Notes under the pieces: generated by a model
What the model was told of the DNA's origin: nothing
Database searches by the model: none
The model's input: the letters and a program-made list of their open reading frames with translations, nothing else
Assembly: GCF_963921235.1 (NCBI RefSeq)
Contig: NC_086097.1
Coordinates: 38,814,001 to 38,878,000, forward strand
DNA from: Mobula hypostoma
Taxonomy: Eukaryota
Reading direction: 5' to 3'
DNA length: 64,000 nt
Part shown: in pieces, positions 49,701-60,680 of the stretch
Numbering within the stretch: the stretch's first letter is position 1
How the letters are laid out: each line of letters starts with the position of its first letter
Made by a program: the position numbers and the translations under genes

Positions 49701-52046
49701 GTCCTAAAAGGCTTCCCCTCTATCCTCAAACTGTGACCCCTCGTTCTGGACCTCCCCAACATCGGAACAATCCTCCCGCATCTAGCCTGTCCAATCCCTT
49801 TAGGATCTTATACGTTTCAATCAGATCCCCCCTCAATCTTCTAAATTCCAACGAGTACAAGCCCAGTTCATCCAGTCTTTCTTCATATGAAAGACCTGCC
49901 ATCCCAGGAATCAATCTGGTGAACCTTCTTTGTACTCCCTCTATGGCAAAGATGTCTTTCCTCAGATTAGGGGACCAAAACTGCACACAATACTCCAGGT
50001 GTGGTCTCACCAAGGCCTTGTACAACTGCAGTAGTACCTCCCTGCTCCTGTACTCGAATCCTCTCGCTATAAATGCCAGCATACCGTTCGCCTTTTTCAC
50101 CGCCTGCTGTACCTGCATGCCCACTTTCAATGACTGGTGTATAATGACACCCAGGTCTCGTTGCACCTCCCCTTTTCCTAATCGGCCACCATTCAGATAA
50201 TAATCTGTTTTCCTATTTTTGCCACCAAAGTGGATAACTTCACATTTATCCACATTAAATTGCATCTGCCATGAGTTTGCCCACTCACCCAACCTATCCA
50301 AGTCACCCTGCATCCTCTTAGCATCTTCCTCACTGCTAACACTGCCACCCAGCTTCGTGTCATCCGCAAACTTGGAGATGCTGCATTTAATTCCCTCATC
50401 CAAGTCATTAATATATATTGTAAACAACTGGGGTCCCAGCACTGAGCCTTGCGGTACCCCACTAGTCACCGCCTGCCATTCTGAAAAGGTCCCGTTTATT
50501 CCCACTCTTTGCTTCCTGTCTGCTAACCAATTCTCCACCCACACCAATACCTTACCCCCAATACCGTGTGCTTTAAGTTTGCACACTAATCTCCTGTGTG
50601 GGACCTTGTCAAAAGCCTTTTGAAAATCCAAATATACCACATCCACTGGTTCTCCCCTATCCACTCTACTAGTTACATCCTCAAAAAATTCTATGAGATT
50701 CGTCAGACATGATTTTCCTTTCACAAATCCATGCTGACTTTGTCCAATCATTTCACCGCTTTCCAAATGTGCTGTTATCACATCCTTGATAACTGACTCC
50801 AGCAGTTTCCCCACCACCGACGTTAGGCTAACGGGCCTATAATTCCCCGGTTTCTCTCTCCCTCCTTTTTTAAAAAGTGGGGTTACATTAGCCACCCTCC
50901 AATCCTCAGGAACTAGTCCAGAATCTAACGAGTTTTGAAAAATTATCACTAATGCATCCACTATTTCTTGGGCTACTTCCTTAAGCACTCTGGGATGCAG
51001 ACCATCTGGCCCTGGGGATTTATCTGCCTTCAATCCCTTCAATTTACCTAACACCACTTCCCTACTAACATGTATTTCACTCAGTTCCTCCATCTCACTG
51101 GACCCTCTGTCCCTTACTATTTCTGGAAGATTATTTATGTCCTCCTTAGTGAAGACAGAACCAAAATAATTATTCAATTGGTCTGCCATGTCCTTGCTCC
51201 CCATAATCAATTCACCTGTTTCTGTCTGCAGGGGACCTACATTTGTCTTTATCAGTCTTTTCCTTTTTACATATCTATAAAAGCTTTTACAGTCTGTTTT
51301 TATGTTCTCTGCCAGTTTTCTCTCATAATCTTTTTTCCCCTTCCTAATTAAGCCCTTTGTCCTCCTCTGCTGAACTCTGAATTTCTCCCAGTCCTCAGGT
51401 GAGCCACTTTCTCTGGCTAATTTGTATGCTACTTCTTTGGAATTGATACTATCCCTAATTTCTCTTGTCAGCCACGGGTGCACTACCTTCCTTGATACCT
51501 TCTTTTTTGGCCGGTGAGCTGGTTTTATACCTCTTGTTAAGCATCTTTAATTCACCTCTCAAGTGACGAATCCCCGTTTCCCTCCTATTTGGTTGCCGCG
51601 GTAACTCCAGCTGGCTTCTCCGCTCCATTGGGCCAAATCGTTCCTTAGCTAGATTGTACGCTATGGCTGTGAGTGAGTCGATCTTTCTGTGTACTGGACC
51701 TGCTAAGGCAACTTCCAGGATGCCGTCTAGATCATCATCGAACTGCATTCAGGCGACGTTGTCTGATGATCTAGGCCATTTGATCCTGCCTTTCCTTGAC
51801 GAATGGATTGGGGTAGCCGAAGAGGACCTCACTAGGTCTGTTGTCCGGTGCTTCCTGGCTGGAATTCTCCTTCGTCTACCCGGACACTAAGTCCATGCGC
51901 TGCACTTGGGTCACCACTGATCCATATCTAGACCTGCTCTGGAGTATCTTGAGCCCTCTGATGTTGTTGCAGACTTTCCCGCAATGACACCTTACCATGA
52001 ATTCCTCTCCGGTCAGTGTTGTTTGCTTTAGCTTCCTCGTAGCCAT
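46728..52046 (-). pseudogene. HERO-like single ORF (ZF-RT-CCHC-REL), frameshifted and split by CR1
   Basis: Track ORFs 51876-52325, 51455-51748, 48205-49509, 47838-48173, 47632-47958, 47386-47628, 47053-47301, 46923-47189, 46728-46922 are consecutive pieces. Start codon inferred. Confidence 0.85.
49438..51487 (-). mobile_element. Young 5'-truncated CR1 LINE nested in the HERO ORF
   Basis: 585-aa open ORF2 segment (KSPGPDG, NYRPVSLTS, YLDFQKAFDKVPH, GVPQGSVLGP, FADDTK), one frameshift near 49765, (TTTCTATG)n tail. Confidence 0.96.
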
Positions 52047-52308
52047 GTTTCCTGTCCTGGCCGTTGCTGGTATGACCGTCCTGTTGAGTCTCTCATCCTC
52101 CCCGCCCTCCTCTCGGGAGACTCTGGGGGTACTGCTCTTCGTGTTCGGTCGTAGCTTGAGTGGTGCCCTCTTGCGAGTGCTGCCCACAAGGTTGCTAGCC
52201 TTGTGAACTTGTGCCAGTCTTTCCTGGAGGTCAGCTGTCTCTCCAGTGTCACCGACCTTCCTCGTTGCCATCCAGTCTTTCCTGGAAGCCACTGGTACAA
52301 ACCAGAAA

Positions 52309-52683
52309 TTACTTCTTACATACACCTGTTAGGGTGCATTCTCCAGTTACCTTATAAGGTAACCGTAGCCTTCAGCCAGGAGCAGATGTGATCAGGTGGT
52401 TCTCAACCTTCACCGAGTGTTTCGACCCTTAACCACGACACTCTCCAGTTGGTGGGCCGGCAGTGGTGGCCAAATCACTGCCCATCTGCTCCTGGCTTCC
52501 AGCTTCCCTCCTCTCGCCTACTCCAAATCCAACAAGAGGCTCGTTCTGCCTCTTCCCCCATCCTAGGAGCTGCTTGTTATTTGCTCCTTTCGTCCAGGCC
52601 CAGATCTGACAACAACCGCCATGCTGATTTGGCTGGGAAACCTCTGCAGCCGATCTCCACAGGGAACAACCATGCCTGCCATC
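52309..52683 (-). mobile_element. Second copy of the HERO 3' end, fused to the 5' end of the full-length copy
   Basis: Colinear with 46562-46936; about 21 substitutions in ~375 nt by manual count; similarity starts at the same terminal nucleotide. Confidence 0.93.
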
Positions 52684-53915
52684 TTGTTAATCATCATTCA
52701 TTTTAAAATTACTTTGATCAGAAAGCTTGGTAAAACACTCCTTGTGAACAGTGGCAGTGGTTTTCAAGAGAGATCAGAAGGAAACATATGGTACGAGTGA
52801 CATTAGATCTTCCTAACTCCATCATCTGCTATTGGCTGCTACCAGAAGTGTCACTCCTTTCATCAGCTTTTCCTGAAACTGAATGCAGGTTTTGAAGGTA
52901 TGCTTCTCGAGCAGAACTTTGGGAATAACCAGAAATTCTTGGCCACATACATACTGTACGCAGAACAGGTCTAAACCTTTCCCTAACATAAATATCCTGT
53001 GGCTTTGTCTCTTTACCAGACAAGTTCACTTCCAATATATATGTGCGCAGTCTGGCACAAGTGCAAAAAAAATTTAGCCACTCATGACTATTAAAATTTA
53101 AATTTGAATACTTCCAATGCAATTAATACCCATTTTCCCCACTGCTTTTGCTTCATGTTAATTTTTAAATTCAGCCATCATTGTATAGCAGCTGTATTGG
53201 CCAAAAAGAGTAGTATTAAGGTAAGAGGTAGACAATAAGAGTGCAATAACTTTTAAGGCATTTTATATCAAAATATTATTTTGGCTCACTGTGTCATCAA
53301 GACAATTCAATAAATTCTAGTTGTTTTCAGATTTTGCACAGATTAATTTATAGTCTAAACGCTTCAGATGCTTCCGCAATAAGAATTTTTATGTGAGCTG
53401 TTGGCAACGTCATCAGCAGGCAAATGCATCAAAGACTGTGTGGTTCTTATGTCTGATCTCTCAGCCTTCAGTAAAATGACATAACTGATTTCAATAATCA
53501 GTATGCTGTCAAACTCAAAAGTTAATGGATATGATTTATATTTCCATACACACGTTAGGGTGTGGTAATGCTATGTAAGTTCCCATGATTAATGTCTACT
53601 TATTTTTCCTCCATTTATATAGGCATCCGTTACTCTCGTGAGACCATGGATTTGCGCCTTGGAAGGTTTCCAGGGCACAGGCTTGGGCAAGGTTGTACGG
53701 AAGACCGGCAGTTGCCCATGCTGCAACTCTCCCCTCTCCACGTCACCAATGTTGTCCAAGGGAAGGGCACTAGGGCCAATACAGCTTGGCACCGGTGTCG
53801 TCGCAGAGCAATGTGTGGTTAAGTGCCTTGCTCAAGGATACAACACGCTGCCTCAGCTGAGGCTTGAACTAGTGACCTTCAGATCACTAGACTGATGCCT
53901 TAACCACTTGGCCAC
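52681..53915 (+). repeat. 1.24-kb direct repeat, copy A' (includes SINE copy ~53618-53915)
   Basis: Colinear with 45177-46419. Confidence 0.95.
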
Positions 53916-54195
53916 TTGTCTAAATTGGGCAATTGTGGAAGAAACCTCTTCCTTTGGAATAAAGCATCCCTCTGCCAATTTCCAACTTGATGGAATAGTC
54001 CTTTGGCCCAGATCTTTCTCATGACCTTCCACAGCCTCTGAAGAAGTTTTGGGCATTTCTTATACACCTTATAAGGTATGCCACTTGGGCCTGGGGCAGC
54101 TGATGCTTTAGCTTTCTGGATGATGTCCTGGATTTCCTGCCATGTAGGCTCCTTCACATTCAGCTCAATTGATGGATTTTCCGGTCTACTCACAG
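53916..54195 (-). mobile_element. Internal HERO RT-region fragment
   Basis: Colinear with 48915-49196; about 11-12 differences in ~280 nt by manual count. Confidence 0.92.
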
Positions 54196-54544
54196 AATCC
54201 CAAATCTAGATAACTCTACAGAATAATAATTGAAGCATTCCCATTTTCCTCATTTTATATAAGAAGTATCAAGAGTGGAAACCATCTAATTTAAAGATTT
54301 AATCCACTTCAGTCATCTTTATTTTTTCTATAACTATTTCCTTTTATCCCATGATAAATTCGTTATATGTAATAACCCAATATTTTTCTGCTAGTAATTT
54401 TCCTCTTGCTTCTCCTCATTTCACATTTTTCTGTTTAATTTTTATTCATAGTTGCCTCAGTTGAATCTACCTTTATTGGGCACATATTCATATTTACCAC
54501 TATTTTTAATTCACTTATAAAAAAGTAGCTCTAGTAACTACTCT

Positions 54545-55124
54545 TCGGTGGCATCCATTAGTCTCCCGAGACCATGGATCTGCGCCTGGAAAGTCTTGCT
54601 TCAGTCTGTGTTAGAGCAGCGTCTATTGTGGCTGTAGAAGCCCACACGGGAGTGACAGTCTCGGCTGCAGCGACTGCACTTGAAGGCGCTGTTCTCCAGT
54701 GTTGTCTTGATGCTGTTTTTCCGATGAGTGCGCTTTTCTTCAGCAGCAAGCCTCAGCTTCTCTTCTCCTTTTTTTAGGCCTCTGTATAGTTCCAGCCTCC
54801 AGTGAGAGCGATCACTTGCGATGTTCTCCCACCTCTCGATGTTCATTTTCAGTGACTTCATGTCTGTCTTGCAAACGTCTTTGAAACGAAGATGGGGCCG
54901 CCCTTGTGTTCTCTTGCCGGAGGCCAGTTCCCCGTACAGCAAGTCTTTTGGGGTCCTCCCGTCTGACATGCAGTGTACGTGGCCCAGCCAGCGGAGACGG
55001 TGTTGTTGGAGCAGGGTGAAGAGGCTGGGTATCTGGGCGCTGGCCAGGACCTCATTGTTGGTGACTCGGTCAATCCACGTGATGTCCAGGATGCGTCTCA
55101 ATCTTCAATGCCTTCCACCTTCGC
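54545..55124 (-). mobile_element. 5'-truncated RTE LINE with short 5' inversion
   Basis: RRILDITWIDRVTNNEVL...RLRWLGHV...PKDLLYGEL...GRPHLRFKD...CSRCSRDCHSRVGFYSH; 12-bp TSD AGTAACTACTCT at 54533-54544 and 55125-55136. Confidence 0.92.
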
Positions 55125-55639
55125 AGTAACTACTCTATATCCCAAATAACCCCTTTATTCTTTTGATGGAAACACTTCTTCCTGCATTAGCATTTCGAAT
55201 TCCTGAATCATGAACACCTTTATCAGACTGAACATAAGAATGCATTTTCCTGATCAAAAGCCCATCAGTTTTTCTCATCTTTTCCCATAAATCAATTCTC
55301 TAGACTCTGACATAATGAATAAATATTTTATATCTTCCTCATGACCTTTACATCCTTTCTAAAGAAAGACCTCTACCCCCCACTGTAGATCTATATGTTG
55401 TTGAAAAATTACACAAGGAGCACAGTGGAAGATCAGATATTTTCTCTTGGTGCCATTGATGCTTCTAGCTTCTGGAAAGGTCTGCATAGTCAGAGGTCTT
55501 CTCCCTTTCATACAAGGATTGAAGGCTGTGCACAATGTCTAGGGGAGCATGGAGAACAGTACTGGACTGGCAAGATAAAAATATTCAGAGGCAGATTCCT
55601 TTTAGTACCTATCCTCAAAAAGTATTTCATTTTAAAAGT

Positions 55640-55780
55640 AGGTCCTGATGAAGGGCCTCAGCCTGAAATGTCGACGGTTTACTCTTTTCCATAGATGCTG
55701 CCCGGCCGGCTGACTTCCTCCAGCATTTTGTGTGTGTTGCTTTGGATTTCCAGCATTCTGCAGATTTTTTCGTATTTATG
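55640..55780 (+). mobile_element. Penelope-like pLTR fragment with hammerhead motif (55642-55675)
   Basis: gtc ctgatga agggcctcagcct gaaat gtc gac, followed by the PLE terminal sequence. Confidence 0.75.
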
Positions 55781-56029
55781 AAGACAACACTGTTGATATT
55801 CATTATATGCTGTCTATATGTAATAACTCATATCAGCCTGCCATAAGGCCTTCAACAAGGTCCCACATCGCAGGCTGATGTGGAAAGTTAGGTCACATGG
55901 GATTTGGAGATAGGGGTTGCTGGCTAGATGGATTCAAAACTGGTTGAAGTTGAAAGTTGATTCTCTGACTGGAGGCCTGTGACTAGTGCTGTGCTCCAGG
56001 GCCAGTTTTGGAAACTCTGTTATTCGTCA

Positions 56030-57935
56030 TAACAGCCGGGATATAGATTACAAATTACAGCAGAGATAGAAGAGCTTGTCAGAAGGGCAATGTCATGATA
56101 ATCATTGGGAATTTTAACGTAAAAGTGGATTGGGAAAACCAGGCCAGTACTGGACTTCAAGAGAGAGAATTTGTAGAATGTCTCAGGGGTGGCATTTTAG
56201 AACAGCTTGTTGCTGAGCCCTCTAGGGGATCGGCTGTGCTGGAATGGGTGTTGTGCAATGATCTGGAGGTGATAAGAGAGCTTAACGTTAAGGAACCCTT
56301 AGGGATCAGTGATCACAAAATGGTTGAGTTCACTTTGAAATCTGAGAAGGAGAAACTAAATTCCAATGTGTCAGTATTTCAGTGGAATAAAGGAAATTAC
56401 AATGGCATGAGAGGGGAACTGGCCAAGGTTGACTGGAAAGGGACACTTGCAGGAAGGACAGCAGAGCAGCAATAGCTGGAGTTTCTGCAAAAGATGAGGG
56501 AAGTGCAAGACAGATATATTCCAATTAAGAAGAAATTTTTGAATGGAAGAAGGAGACTACCGTGGCTGACAAATGAAGTCAAAGTAAAAGCAAAATAAAG
56601 GGCATACAAGGAAGCCAGAGCTAGTGGGAAGATAGAGGATTGGGAAGCTTCTGAAAACTTGCAGAAGGAAACTAAGAAGGTCATTAGGAAGGATAAGATG
56701 AATTATGAGAGAAAGCTGTCAACTGATATCAAAGAAGATACTGAGAGCTTTTTAAGTATATAAAGGGTAAAAGAGAGTCGAGGGTAGATATAGGACCAAT
56801 ACAAAATGATGCAGGAGATATTATAATGAGAGATGCAGAGAAACTGAATGCGTATTTTGCATCTGTCTTCACAGTGGAAGACATTTGCAGTATACCGGAC
56901 ATTCAAGAGTATCAGGGAAGTGAAGCTGGTGCAGTGAAAATTTGGACCGCTACTTTTTACGATGTATGTCTATGATTTGGACTAAGGGATTAATGGATTT
57001 GTGGCTAAATTTGCCGATGATACAAAGATAGGTGGAGGAGCGGGTAGTGTTGAGGAAACAGAGAGTCTGCAGAGACACTTAGATAGTTTAGGGGAATGGG
57101 TAAAGAAGTGGCAATTGAAATGCAGTGTATGGTCATGCACTTTGGTGGAAGAAATAAATGGACAGGCTATTATTTAGATGGGGAGAGAATTCAAAATGCA
57201 GAGATGCAAAGGGACTTGGGAGTCCTTGTGCAGGATACCCGAAAGGTTAACCTCCAGGTTGAGTTGGTGGTGAAGAAGGCGAATGCAATGTTAGCATTCA
57301 TTTCTGGAAGTATAGAACATAAGAGCAAGGATGTGATCTTGAGGCTCTATAAGGCACTCATAAGACCACACTCGGAGTACTGTGTGCAGTTTTGGGCTCC
57401 TTATTTAGAAAGGATATACTGACATTGGTGAGGGTTTACAGAAGATTCACGAAAATGATTCCAGAAATCAAAGGGATGAGGAACATCTGGCAGCTTTTGG
57501 ACTGTATTCCCTGGAGTTCTGGAAAATGAGGGGGGATCTCATAGAAACATTACGAACGTTAAAAGGCCTGAACAGATTAGATATGGCAAAGTTATTTCCC
57601 ATGGTAGGGGAGTCTAGGACAAGAGGACACGACTTCAGGATTGAAGGATGTCCATTTAGAACAGAGATGCAGAGAAATTACTTTAGTCAGAGGGTGGTAA
57701 ATCCGTGGAATTTGTTGCAATTTGTTGGAATTTGTCGGTGTGGAGGCCAAGTCATTGGGTGCATTTAAGGCAGAGATAGATAGGTTCTTGATTAGCCAGG
57801 GCATCAAGGGGTATGGGGAGAAGGCAGGGGAGTGGGGGGTGACTGGAAGAATTGGATCAGCCCATGATTGAATGGCAGAGCAGACTCGATGTGCTGAATG
57901 GCCTACTTTTGCTCCTAAATCTTATGGTCTTATGG
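56030..57935 (+). mobile_element. CR1 LINE with internal deletion (~56945), nested in an older CR1 (55840-56030, 57937-58265)
   Basis: IIGNFN and LGISDHKMVEF (endonuclease), KFADDTKIGG, RPHSEYCVQFW, MRGDLIE; (TCTTATGG)n tail. Confidence 0.87.
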
Positions 57936-58787
57936 TTATTTATGTAAATGATTTGGATGTGAATGTTCGTTGCATGATAGCAAGTTTGCTGAAGGGGTCT
58001 TGTTAATAGTGAAGCAATTTACAGTGAATTCCAAAGTGATCTCGATCAGTTAGAGAGATGGCATGAGAAAAGACAAATGGATTTCAGCTTAGATAAGTGT
58101 GAGGTAATTTATTTTGGGCAGTCAGAGTAGGACTTATAGAGTGAATGGCAGGACAATGCCAAAGTTCAGAGGGATATGGGCAAATGCCAGCAAATGAGAC
58201 TACCTTACACGGTATCTTCGTTAGGCCCAAAGGGCCCATTTCTGTGCTGTATGACTCTATGACTTTACGAAACGATCATCGATTCAAGTAAGTAACCCAC
58301 CATTGCCTACACAAGGGCAATAAAATTTGGGAAATAGGTGCTGCCATTGCCAATAATGCCCACAGCCAGAAAATACATAAGTAACAGGCAAGTGAGTGAA
58401 TTTAGTTTGATTTTATATTTGGGTTTTTCATGAAACATCCAACAGTGAAACTCCTGCAGAAATAGGCAATTATATTAGCATTAGTAATTCAACTCCATCA
58501 ATAATTCCTGAATCATAAAATATTTTCTGGCAATTCGTTTTCCATTGTTGTTCCAAAACTGATCCAAGTCAATGCACTAGATACTGCAAACATCAGAAAA
58601 CCCTTGGGAAATTAGAGAGCATTCGACAACCACAGTGATATCATTCACAGGTTCATTGAACTTTATGCTAAATTTAAGGATATTCCTCATTCCTGACCAC
58701 TGTAATGGATACATGCTTTCACACACATTGATGAAACATTGTCAAACTTGGGAAACTGCGAAGTGTTCAGCTGAAGTTAAGTCGGAA

Positions 58788-59045
58788 AAAATGGCTAACA
58801 CGAGAGGGCACAGTTTTAAGGTGCTTGGAAATAGGTACAAAGGAGATGTCAGGGGTAAGTTTTTTTTATGTAGAGTGGTGAGTGTGTAGAATGGGCTGTC
58901 AGCGACAGTGGTGGAGGCAGGTACAACAGGGTCTTTTAAGAGAATCTTAGATAGGTACATGGAGCTCAGAAAAATAGAGGGCTAAGGGTAACCCTCAGTA
59001 ATTTCTAAAGTAAGTACATGTTCGGCACAGCATTGTGGGCCAAAC
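58788..59045 (+). mobile_element. CR1 3' end
   Basis: MANTRGHSFKVLGNRY motif and 3' UTR like the 36868 family. Confidence 0.8.
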
Positions 59046-59119
59046 AGCTTGTATTGTGCTGTAGGTTTTCTTTGTTTCTATGAAACTTGTTATTATTTAT
59101 TATATCAATATATAGTAGT

Positions 59120-59375
59120 ATAGTGGCTAACACAACACTTTACAGTACCAGTGGCCCAGGTTCAATTCCCATCCACAGCCTGTATAGAGTTTGTATGTAC
59201 TCCCAGTGACCATGTGGGTTTCCTCTAGATGCTCTAGTTTACTCTCACACTCCAAAGATATACCAGTTGGTAGGATAATTGGTTATTGTAAATGACTAGA
59301 CTAGGATTAAACAAGGTTGCTTGGCAGCATGGTATGAAGAGCCAGAAGGGCCTATTCCGTGCTGTATCTCAATAA
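59120..59375 (+). mobile_element. tRNA-derived SINE (HE1-like)
   Basis: tagtggcta / ggttcaattcc boxes, gagtttgtatg...gtgggtttcctc body, CR1-like tail ending ctgtatctcaataaa. Confidence 0.7.
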
Positions 59376-59879
59376 AATGTTTTTAAAGTACCAAGCTTCC
59401 CCTTTTAAATAGAAATTACAAAAATAAGATGCACTGTCTGGTAATCAAAATCTATACCCACAAACCGATAGTGGGAATAAATCGCACAGTTACTAATTTA
59501 AACTATACTTCTACTTTTAAATGCATAGATGAAGTGCATTGGTCAGAGGATTCTTAAGGTTAAAAATGAACTTTGAAGCCCTTTCTTGGCTTTTCCACTT
59601 AGACCTTCTGTGCAAACCTAATTTCAACATTTTCTCATGTTTCTACCAGAAGTGAGGAATGGCTCTTGAGTGGTTGAGATTAAATTCACTTTATCAAATA
59701 AACCTGAAGTTTAAAATAAAATGGCATCAACCTGGTATCATTGATACCACTCATTTGGCTGTCTGGTAACAAATAAGTCATGGTGTACACAAATTATGCT
59801 TTATAAATAGGAGCCAGGCTTGACAGTCTCTTGTTTAAAGAGAAAGAGAAGCCGTTATGTAAATCTGCCACATTTCCAT

Positions 59880-60015
59880 TATAGACAATAGACAATAGGT
59901 GCAGGAGTAGGCTATTCGGCCCTTCGAGCCAGCACCACCATTCACTGTGATCATGGCTGATCATCCACAATCAGTATCCCCTTCCTGCCTTCTCCCCATA
60001 TCCCTTGACTCCATT
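59880..60015 (-). mobile_element. CR1 3' UTR fragment
   Basis: (TTGTCTA)n tail and the same terminal stem region as the young CR1 copies. Confidence 0.75.
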
Positions 60016-60044
60016 ATATCTTGCTGCAAAGGGAGATTTCCAAA

Positions 60045-60680
60045 ATGGCTCAGTTATGTCTCAAATGATAGCATTCTCTGAGTCAGAAAATGTTGGGTTC
60101 AAAGTTCCATTCTAGACGCTTGGAGATAAACTCCAGCTGATTGTGCGGTGCAGAACCAGAGGTGGGCTGCATTGGGAGAGGCCATCACATGGATGGGATA
60201 TTGAACTGAAGCACAACCTACTCCCTCTAGTGAATCCAAGAAAAGATCCCATGCCAGTACCAGGTGGAACACAGGAATGATTCTTGCTGAGTTCCTCCAG
60301 AATTCTGTGTGTTCTGTTCAAGATCTCCAACATCTGCAGAATATTTTTATATATTTAGAGATTCAGCATGGAACAGGCTTGTCTGGCCCAATGAGCCACA
60401 CCGCCCAGAACCCACCTATTTCACCCTACCACAACTTACAATGTCCTATTAACTGGAACATGGGGGGAAACTGGAGCACCCAAAGGAAACTCACACATTC
60501 TTGGGGAGGATGTACCAACTTCTTACAGAGAACACCGAAATCGCACTCAGAACTCCGACACCCCGAGGTGCAATGCCTACATGCCACATGATATAAAGAA
60601 CATCATATGCTGTGACGTGTTTTGAGGTTTTCTAAATGGGCAATGGAAGGTGCTATACAGAAAAGGATTTTTCTTCCTTC
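60045..60680. mobile_element. Nested cluster: Deu-type SINE (+) interrupted by a PLE end (~60280-60350) and an HE1-like SINE (-, ~60355-60590)
   Basis: ctctgagtcagaa..gttgggttcaa head, aaaagatcccatg motif, gaaggtgctata tail; internal pieces match other repeats in the window. Confidence 0.5.

Larger units (their letters stand above)
46562..52308 (-). mobile_element. Full-length HERO-like non-LTR retrotransposon (R2 group, restriction-like endonuclease), inactivated and interrupted by CR1
   Basis: N-terminal zinc finger CHCGKVCNNIRGLKI, RT (WLDLANAYGSIPH, GIPTGCTISPILF, GFMDDIT), decayed CCHC knuckle + RWRHDKVL, REL motif LRPDIVLWS...VELTVPWEE...K; UTRs at both ends. Confidence 0.9.

Noticed and set aside
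46562..52683. Direct repeats 46562-46936 and 52309-52683 as LTRs of an LTR retrotransposon
   Set aside because: No TG..CA ends, TSD, PBS or integrase; the repeat includes the endonuclease coding end of a non-LTR element.
52681..53915. Copy A' as a pol III read-through (3' transduction) of the SINE, since it begins near the SINE 5' end
   Set aside because: Several T4+ runs on the SINE strand lie shortly downstream and should stop pol III well before 900 nt; no separate tail or TSD.
45177..53915. Duplication as a simple assembly artefact
   Set aside because: Copies differ by many substitutions and indels and the pieces are non-colinear with precise junctions; not fully excluded without reads.
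53905..53925. Junction of HERO fragment and flank copy as a splice junction of a read-through transcript
   Set aside because: The skipped segment does not start with GT or end with AG on the element strand.
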